Below are positions 58,228 to 64,000 of a stretch of DNA of 64,000 nucleotides, piece after piece (positions within the stretch are counted from its first letter, which is position 1; every line of letters starts with the position of its first letter). Below the pieces are notes generated by a model. The model had not been told where the DNA came from. It ran no database searches and saw only the letters and a program-made list of their open reading frames with translations. The position numbers and the translations under genes were made by a program. Source of the DNA: Bacillota bacterium (lineage in GTDB: Bacteria; Bacillota; Clostridia; Christensenellales; CAG-138); contig JAEXFV010000154.1 of the NCBI GenBank assembly GCA_023451115.1, positions 4,944-68,943 on the forward strand, in the 5' to 3' direction.

Positions 58228-58842
58228 ATGCATGAAGTGATTGTCAATGCCATAGGAGATGCCTGCCCTATTCCGGTGGTAAAAGCAAAAAAAGCTCTGG
58301 ATGGAATGAAGGAGGCGGGTATTTTAGAAATCCATGTGGATAACGAGATGGCCGTCCAAAACCTGAGCCGTTTTGCGGCCGGGCAGGGGTTCCAGGTAAC
58401 CAGCGAAAAAAACGGGGAAAAACATTTTTGCGTAAAAATCCAGGTATCAGCATTTCCAGAGAGGAAAGAGGAGACTGTTTCCCCCTCCTGCATTTCGGAC
58501 TTAAGAGGAGAACAGGTCATAGCCATTGATGGAGCGGTCATGGGCCGCGGGGATGACAAATTGGGGACCATACTGATGAAATCCTTTCTTTATGCCGTTT
58601 CCCAGCAGGAGCAGCTGCCACGTACCATGCTTTTTTATAACGGAGGCGCTAAGCTCACCGTTGAAGGTTCCCCTGCTTTGGAGGACATTAAGAGTATGGA
58701 AGCGCAAGGCGTGGAAGTGCTCACCTGCGGTACCTGCCTGGATTTCTATGGCCTTAGCAATCAACTGGCAGTAGGATCCGTTACAAACATGTATGCCATT
58801 GTGGAAAAGCTGTCCCAGGCCGCAAAGGTAATAAAACCGTGA
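58228..58842 (+). CDS. yedF: Sulfurtransferase-like selenium metabolism protein YedF (SirA/TusA-like N-terminus plus DsrE-like C-terminus)
   Basis: DACPIPVVKAKKAL (CPxP motif) and C-terminal GRGDDKLGTILMKSF...LFYNGGAKL...LTCGTCLDFYGL...VTNMY. RBS AAGGAG. Confidence 0.8.
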   Translation: MHEVIVNAIGDACPIPVVKAKKALDGMKEAGILEIHVDNEMAVQNLSRFAAGQGFQVTSEKNGEKHFCVKIQVSAFPERKEETVSPSCISDLRGEQVIAIDGAVMGRGDDKLGTILMKSFLYAVSQQEQLPRTMLFYNGGAKLTVEGSPALEDIKSMEAQGVEVLTCGTCLDFYGLSNQLAVGSVTNMYAIVEKLSQAAKVIKP

Positions 58843-59975
58843 TTTATCTGGATAATGCGGCAACTACCCTGCATAAGCCTCAGCAAGTACTGGATGCGGT
58901 AATGCAGGCCATGAGCTCCATGGGGAATGCGGCTCGGGGTACCCATAGCGAGGCGCTTAGAGCATCCCGCACCATATATGATACCCGAGTAAAGCTGGCA
59001 GCGTTTTTTGGATGCCCACAGCCAGATTATGTTGCCTTTACGCAGAATTCCACCGAGGCGTTGAACATGGCGATAAGCGGATTGATTGGCCCCAATGACC
59101 ATGTGATATCCACGGATCTGGAGCACAATTCTGTTTTGCGCCCGCTATATCGCCTGGAGGCGGAGCAGGGAGTGAAGGTCAGCTTTGTTCCGGCGGATCA
59201 GCGGGGGTGTATTGACTATGGTGATTTTGAAAAACTAGTGCAAGAAAATACCCGTGCGGTTGTCTGTACTCATGCCTCCAATTTGACTGGGAATATGCTG
59301 GACCTGGAGAAAATCGGGCAATTCGCCCACCACCATGGCTTACTTTTCATTGTAGACGCATCTCAAACTGCGGGGTGCCAGCCCATTGATATGGAAGCCA
59401 TGCATATAGACGCCCTTTGTTTTACTGGCCACAAGGGACTTATGGGCCCTCAGGGCACTGGGGGGCTGTGCTTACGGCAGCAGCTGAACATACGGCCTTG
59501 GAAGGTTGGCGGTTCCGGCATACAGTCCTATAGCAAAACCCATCCCCAAGCGCTTCCTGCTCGTCTGGAAGCTGGCACCCTCAACGGGCACGGCCTGGCA
59601 GGCCTTTGTGCCGCGCTGGCGTTTATTGAAGAGGTGGGCCTGGAAAATATTCGGGAAAAAGAGCGCATTTTGATGGAACGCTTTTATGAGGCGGTATCCG
59701 CTATGGGCGGCGTTAGCGTATACGGGGATTTCTCCGGCAGGGAACGGGCGGCGATCGTATCATTGAATATCAGGGACTACGATTCGGGCGCCGTGGCAGA
59801 CGAACTCTCAGAGGTTTATGGCATAGCCACCCGCTCTGGCGCGCATTGTGCCCCGCGGATGCACCGGGCATTGGGAACGGTGGAGCGCGGCGCGGTACGA
59901 TTCAGCTTTTCCTATTTCAACACAGAAGCGGAAGTGGAGGAAGCCATCCGGGCTGTGAGGGAGTTAGCGCAATGA
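58839..59975 (+). CDS. Class V aminotransferase-fold PLP enzyme (cysteine desulfurase / selenocysteine lyase family)
   Basis: IYLDNAATT start, HASNLTG, and FTGHKGLMGPQGTGGL (PLP-lysine region). GTGA overlap with the yedF stop codon. Confidence 0.85.
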   Translation: MIYLDNAATTLHKPQQVLDAVMQAMSSMGNAARGTHSEALRASRTIYDTRVKLAAFFGCPQPDYVAFTQNSTEALNMAISGLIGPNDHVISTDLEHNSVLRPLYRLEAEQGVKVSFVPADQRGCIDYGDFEKLVQENTRAVVCTHASNLTGNMLDLEKIGQFAHHHGLLFIVDASQTAGCQPIDMEAMHIDALCFTGHKGLMGPQGTGGLCLRQQLNIRPWKVGGSGIQSYSKTHPQALPARLEAGTLNGHGLAGLCAALAFIEEVGLENIREKERILMERFYEAVSAMGGVSVYGDFSGRERAAIVSLNIRDYDSGAVADELSEVYGIATRSGAHCAPRMHRALGTVERGAVRFSFSYFNTEAEVEEAIRAVRELAQ

Positions 59976-60208
59976 GAGAGAAACAGTTAAAGTGCATTGT
60001 GACGTTTCCTTCCACAACCGCTGCTATGGCGGCAGAGCAGTTTTGCCTGCATAAGCAGCTGCCGGGGCGGTTGATTCCCGTTCCCAGAGAGATCACCGCA
60101 AGCTGCGGTATGGCCTGGTGTGCCCCGGTGGAGAGCAAGGCGCTGCTTCAAAGGGCTTTTGCACAGGAAAAGCTTGCGTTTGCTGGTTTCTATACGCTAA
60201 TGATTTAA
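59972..60208 (+). CDS. DUF3343-family small protein (putative S/Se carrier)
   Basis: IVTFPSTTAAMAAEQ...GRLIPVPREITASCGMAW is the DUF3343 pattern. ATGA overlap with the upstream stop codon. Track ORF 59846.. trimmed. Confidence 0.7.
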   Translation: MREKQLKCIVTFPSTTAAMAAEQFCLHKQLPGRLIPVPREITASCGMAWCAPVESKALLQRAFAQEKLAFAGFYTLMI

Positions 60209-60642
60209 ATCAGGTCTGAAACCATGAAAAATAGTATGTGGTTTTGAAGTTTCAAGAGGCATTAAACTGTAAAAAACTTGGAAATACTGACCTGTTTGCA
60301 TATCAAGGTAACTAAAAGGACAATGTTTTGAAGCTTTGGTGCCCAAATAGTGCCTTAATTTCCTATGGCGATATGAACGAATGGGCAAATATAAGGAAAA
60401 ATACTATGCGAGAGCGAAAGCACTCGTTGCTTTTGCTCTCTTGCCTGCCGCATCAGCAGGGGCAGACGGACGGGCGAAGTCCGTTTATCTAAACCGTTGA
60501 CAAGGGCGGCTGGCTCTGCTGTTTTCAAACAGAAAAGGGAAACTGGTAAAAAATTCATATCCTTGTTGTAAAATAATATTGTATTTTCTATTGCTGATTA
60601 ACAGAAATGCGGCGAGATTTTATAAAGACGGAGGTTTTGAAT

Positions 60643-61143
60643 ATGAAAAGATTAACTGCACTATTTCTTGTTGCAGTTTGTGTTTTGGCATTGGTAGGGT
60701 GTTCCTCTACAATCAGCGGAACGGAAGAGCTGATTGCAAAGGCAAGGGAGGAATTGCCCGTTTCTGATGCAGACACAATCGAATTACAATATGCGGGTTT
60801 ATGTGGTAAAGATGATGCTGCACTTGTTTGGTTTGTTTCGGGAAATGAGTATCAAGCACATTATTATCTACCGATAGAATTTAATGTTGTTGGAGAGAAC
60901 GAGTACACTTTTGTTCGGTCTTATAAACCTATAGAGCGAGGTATGGATATTGCTGCTTTAGAATGGAAAGACGGATATAGCTTTTTGATTAACAACCCCA
61001 ATTGCGCTGCTGTAAAAATTACGGATAATTCCGGCACACGTGAAATTTCTATTGAAAAGGACACATATCCTTATGTTTTCTATAATGAGCTGCTTCCGTC
61101 TGAATATGTGTTTATCGAACAAGATGGAAACGAAATAAATTGA
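60643..61143 (+). CDS. Hypothetical lipoprotein (166 aa)
   Basis: MKRLTALFLVAVCVLALVGC lipobox with GGAGG 7 nt upstream. Low-GC context. No family recognised. Confidence 0.5.
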   Translation: MKRLTALFLVAVCVLALVGCSSTISGTEELIAKAREELPVSDADTIELQYAGLCGKDDAALVWFVSGNEYQAHYYLPIEFNVVGENEYTFVRSYKPIERGMDIAALEWKDGYSFLINNPNCAAVKITDNSGTREISIEKDTYPYVFYNELLPSEYVFIEQDGNEIN

Positions 61144-61826
61144 TAAAGAAATGAAGAATTTAAACATGCAGGAAATAATTGCTCTGCTTCTTTTATTTGA
61201 GATTTTCTGAAACAGAGTTGAATAAAAGCAAAGCGTTTGGTATATTCCCAACAAGCAAAAATCGCACTTATTGTCGCAGTCAGAAGGACCCCTTTCCCAT
61301 GATTGCTACGGAATTTTTACATTCATTATCGATCTTTGATTGTTTGGCACATTTCGTTTGGGACAGTGTTGTTTCCTTACCGTATTGATTTTGGTATCTG
61401 CAAAGACTTTGTTTGCAAGGCTTATTTTGCCTCTGCTTCGTAACATAAGATGTAAAAACAAGGCCGTTTCCACCATTGTAGGGGTGATGACACTGCCTAT
61501 GCTTGTAATGTGTATATTCGTATTACCTTGTGGTGCTAAAATAGTACCGAACTTTAAAATGGACTTATGTGGAGATATTAGGTAATATACAAAATAGGGG
61601 AAAATCTACATTTAAGGTACGTTCAAACATTTTCTATAAGCATTTACAAAGGCATATAAGACGATTTTCGTCTATAAAATCAATAAAAACAATATGATGT
61701 TATAGATACAAAAACAAAGTTTTCAACAGTTTGTAAAGCTTTTCCCCAGGGACGTGCAAACTTGAAAAATGGTGTTATACTGTTCCAGACCAGATGCTTT
61801 GGCATCTTAATCAAAGGAGGAACGAT

Positions 61827-62552
61827 ATGAAACGATTGGTTATAATGGGCTTAGCAGTAATCTTTGCCTTTAGCGCCATGATTACCGCCTGCACGCCAAA
61901 CCAGGAGGCACCTCAACCAGAAAGCACGCAGCCAGCGCCGGTTTCCTCGCCCCAAACCACGGCTGTTCCGGACATAACCGAGCAACCGGAGCTCCAGGCT
62001 ACCCCGGTTGCACCGATCAATCTGGATGAGGTGGAAGAAAAGGCGGAGGCAATGATGCCCATTTTGGACTCTATTGTGCGTACCATGGGGATTGGCGGCA
62101 CCGTCCCTTATGCCCCAAAAGACGAGGAATTTTTCTGGTCCGTCCTATACCTAATGGGAGAAAACTGGGGAGAAACCCACCCCCTGGTGCAGCGGGATGG
62201 CGACACGGTAGTGGTGCCCCGCCAAGTGATGCAGGAGTTTGCCAGCGCTGCTTTTTTGGAGTATAGCGATTTGCTGCCGGTTCCGGAAAGTTACGCACAA
62301 ACCCTTGCATATGATGAAGGAATGGACGCCTATCGCCTGGCTCCCTCGGATATGGGCAATACCAGCACAGAATTGGAGGATATCGCCATGGAGGGGGATG
62401 GCTCCATGATCGTGCGGGTGGCACTATATGAAGAACCGGATACCTTGTTGGGTAAATTGGACTTTACCCTGGTGGATAATCCCTACGTGGGTGGAATTAC
62501 CCAGCCCAGCTATTATTATACCGTTAGTGCGGCCAGCCTGGTAGAGGAGTAA
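61827..62552 (+). CDS. Hypothetical lipoprotein (241 aa)
   Basis: MKRLVIMGLAVIFAFSAMITAC lipobox, RBS AAAGGAGG, Pro/Gln-rich linker after the lipobox. No family recognised. Confidence 0.5.
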   Translation: MKRLVIMGLAVIFAFSAMITACTPNQEAPQPESTQPAPVSSPQTTAVPDITEQPELQATPVAPINLDEVEEKAEAMMPILDSIVRTMGIGGTVPYAPKDEEFFWSVLYLMGENWGETHPLVQRDGDTVVVPRQVMQEFASAAFLEYSDLLPVPESYAQTLAYDEGMDAYRLAPSDMGNTSTELEDIAMEGDGSMIVRVALYEEPDTLLGKLDFTLVDNPYVGGITQPSYYYTVSAASLVEE

Positions 62553-62783
62553 ACTCGGGTTCCTTTTGAAGGGGCTCTGCTCTTTTCTCACCCTTTGGGG
62601 CAAGCATAGAAAAGCCCGCACAGCATAAGGATGTACCAGCGTATATGGAACATGGTTTGTTAGAGCTATGAGATGGCCTGACTGTTCCTATGCAGGGGCA
62701 TAGTAGAGCCCGGAAAGAAACCTGCTTTTTTGGCCGTGATGTTCCGGGAAAAGCCCAAAAACCTACCTGTACCTCCAAAAATA

Positions 62784-62826
62784 AAGAGCCGATAACCGCA
62801 AGTTTTATCTTGCATGTTATCGGCTC
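62784..62826 (-). terminator. Intrinsic terminator of the TetR-CPBP-KTR operon
   Basis: AGAGCCGATAAC...GTTATCGGCTCT with an inner GCAAG/CTTGC stem. Followed on the minus strand by TTATTTTTGG. Confidence 0.75.
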
Positions 62827-62875
62827 TGTGTGGGCGCGGCTGACTTAACGGTTATATGTAATTCTTTTGAGTGAA

Positions 62876-63001
62876 TTAAGCCCCTTGCTTGCACTTCGGG
62901 CAGTAGAAAGGATAATTGTTTGCTTCTGCCTCTCTTATTCTATCACGGGTTTTATTTCCCCAAACAGGACAGCGTATCCATTCCGAAATAACGGATGACA
63001 T
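62876..63001 (-). CDS. Short cysteine-rich KTR-type ORF (41 aa), unlisted in the track
   Basis: My own translation is MSSVISEWIRCPVWGNKTRDRIREAEANNYPFYCPKCKQGA. The CPxxGNKTR...CPKCK pattern matches cysteine-rich KTR domain proteins but ends early. No clear RBS. Starts 10 nt after the CPBP stop codon. Confidence 0.4.
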   Translation of the reverse strand: MSSVISEWIRCPVWGNKTRDRIREAEANNYPFYCPKCKQGA

Positions 63002-63010
63002 AGCTTATCG

Positions 63011-63754
63011 TTACCGCCTATCCTTATTTCCATATTCAATAGACTTTTTCGTTTCCCTTAATATCCACAACGCATATGCAACGGGAACAACACATAATAC
63101 AGCAGCGGTTATTACGTCATACAGCAGCGAAGAATGATTAACAGCAAAAATGCTCAAAGAATTAAAAACTCCGTGGGCAATCATGCACGGCAAAAGGCTT
63201 TTTCCACTGTAAAATATAATTGTAAATAAAAAGCCAATTGCAGTTGCATAACAAATTTGTAAAAGTGTGGGTATCAAATCTCTACCATTCAGCAAGTTTA
63301 CAATATGCCCCATGCCAAAGGTAATACTGGAAACAAAAACCGCTAACGAGACATTATCCTTGCACATGGCTTTGAAAAGAAAACCACGGAAGATAACTTC
63401 CTCTATGAATCCGACACAAGCCATACTTATAATAAATAAAACAGTTCCGGAAGCAGAAGCATTCATTGTAATGCCATTCCATAAATTTACACTTAAAATC
63501 AAAATAAGCGGAATAAAGTACAAATAAATTTTCAATCTTCCCTTGAAAGAACATAACCCGTATTGTTCCCATAGGTTATGCTTTTTTATAAAACCTATAA
63601 TAAGCAAAACAAAGATGATGCATAGTGGGGCGGTGATGATCTTTTCAAAGCCAAGCGAAGCAGAAAAATTCTCAGCAATACTAAACAAAACAACATAAGC
63701 AATAATCCAAACCAATGAAAAATTCAATTTGTTTTTCTCATACAAACGATACAT
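63011..63754 (-). CDS. CPBP-family intramembrane glutamic endopeptidase (CAAX protease-like)
   Basis: EEVIFRGFLF, FGMGH and HGVFN motifs in a polytopic protein. Confidence 0.85.
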   Translation of the reverse strand: MYRLYEKNKLNFSLVWIIAYVVLFSIAENFSASLGFEKIITAPLCIIFVLLIIGFIKKHNLWEQYGLCSFKGRLKIYLYFIPLILILSVNLWNGITMNASASGTVLFIISMACVGFIEEVIFRGFLFKAMCKDNVSLAVFVSSITFGMGHIVNLLNGRDLIPTLLQICYATAIGFLFTIIFYSGKSLLPCMIAHGVFNSLSIFAVNHSSLLYDVITAAVLCVVPVAYALWILRETKKSIEYGNKDRR

Positions 63755-64000
63755 TAAAATCCCTCTTTTGACGCATAAACTGCTCCATCAAATATCAAGT
63801 CTAAATCGGATGAAACAGTCTGCTCATCATACTCCATTTCGTTGTTTGCAAACATACTTGCATATCCGTGTGCCAGTAGAAATAATGAACGAAAAATGCT
63901 TTTTGCCTGCTCCGTATTGACCTCTGCCTCTTGACTGAGTATAGCGATAACGGGCTGTAATTCTTCTGTATTTATCAATTCAGAAATGTTCTTGCCTAAG
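63754..64000 (-). CDS. TetR/AcrR-family regulator, C-terminal part only (runs off the window edge)
   Basis: The frame stays open to position 64000. The C-terminal LFLLAHGYASMFANN...DLDLIFDG resembles TetR ligand-binding domains. The stop codon overlaps the CPBP start codon. Confidence 0.55.
   Translation of the reverse strand, partial: LGKNISELINTEELQPVIAILSQEAEVNTEQAKSIFRSLFLLAHGYASMFANNEMEYDEQTVSSDLDLIFDGAVYASKEGF

Noticed and set aside
57864-58235. 123-aa track ORF overlapping the tRNA-Glu gene and its terminator
   Set aside because: It starts inside the tRNA, has no RBS, and has a low-complexity product. The region 57951-58227 is better treated as the yedF upstream and leader region.
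57837-60600. tRNA-Glu as an integration site for a genomic island downstream
   Set aside because: I did not spot a repeat of the tRNA 3' end downstream by eye. The genes immediately after it (the yedF module) have core-like GC. A computational repeat search would be needed to exclude this fully.
61179-61585. Track ORFs 61179..61388 and 61340..61585 in the low-GC spacer
   Set aside because: They overlap each other, lack RBSs, and have odd composition. They may be decayed gene remnants, but I cannot support a call.
1-64000. CRISPR arrays, rRNA genes, intact prophage or conjugative modules, and classic defence systems (restriction-modification, Cas, reverse transcriptase/retron, toxin-antitoxin pairs)
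   Set aside because: I saw no regularly spaced direct repeats and no rRNA-like sequence. None of the ORF products carries the corresponding signature motifs.

Overview
The window looks like a chromosomal segment from a spore-forming, fairly GC-rich Firmicute of the Clostridia type. The evidence is a CwlD-like amidase, a SpoIID-domain protein, GGAGG-type ribosome-binding sites and many tightly coupled operons. I cannot assign a species. Most of it is housekeeping. This includes cell-wall enzymes decorated with SH3b domains, trkH-trkA, a YheO-like regulator with ygeY-ygeW-carbamate kinase, and a GyrB/ParE plus GyrA/ParC-type topoisomerase pair. It also includes a class B PBP, iorAB, uvrBA, a c-di-AMP receptor with yhaM, ychF, hisZGDB plus thiamine diphosphokinase, a two-component system, rex, xpt, one tRNA-Glu(CUC), and a YedF/class-V aminotransferase/DUF3343 module. 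Two low-GC accessory islets stand out, at about 24.65-29.5 kb and 60.2-64 kb. The most interesting locus is in the first islet. A tyrosine recombinase sits next to two lox-like core sites that are exact reverse complements of each other and flank 215 bp containing an outward-facing promoter-like element. This lies upstream of an unknown 170-aa ORF and a sortase-type anchored vWA/Cna-B surface adhesin. I interpret it as a candidate DNA-inversion (phase-variation) switch. That is an inference and needs read-level or experimental confirmation. No CRISPR array and no rRNA gene were seen. The only transposon-type mobile-element sequence seen is a truncated, frameshifted IS5-family transposase remnant.
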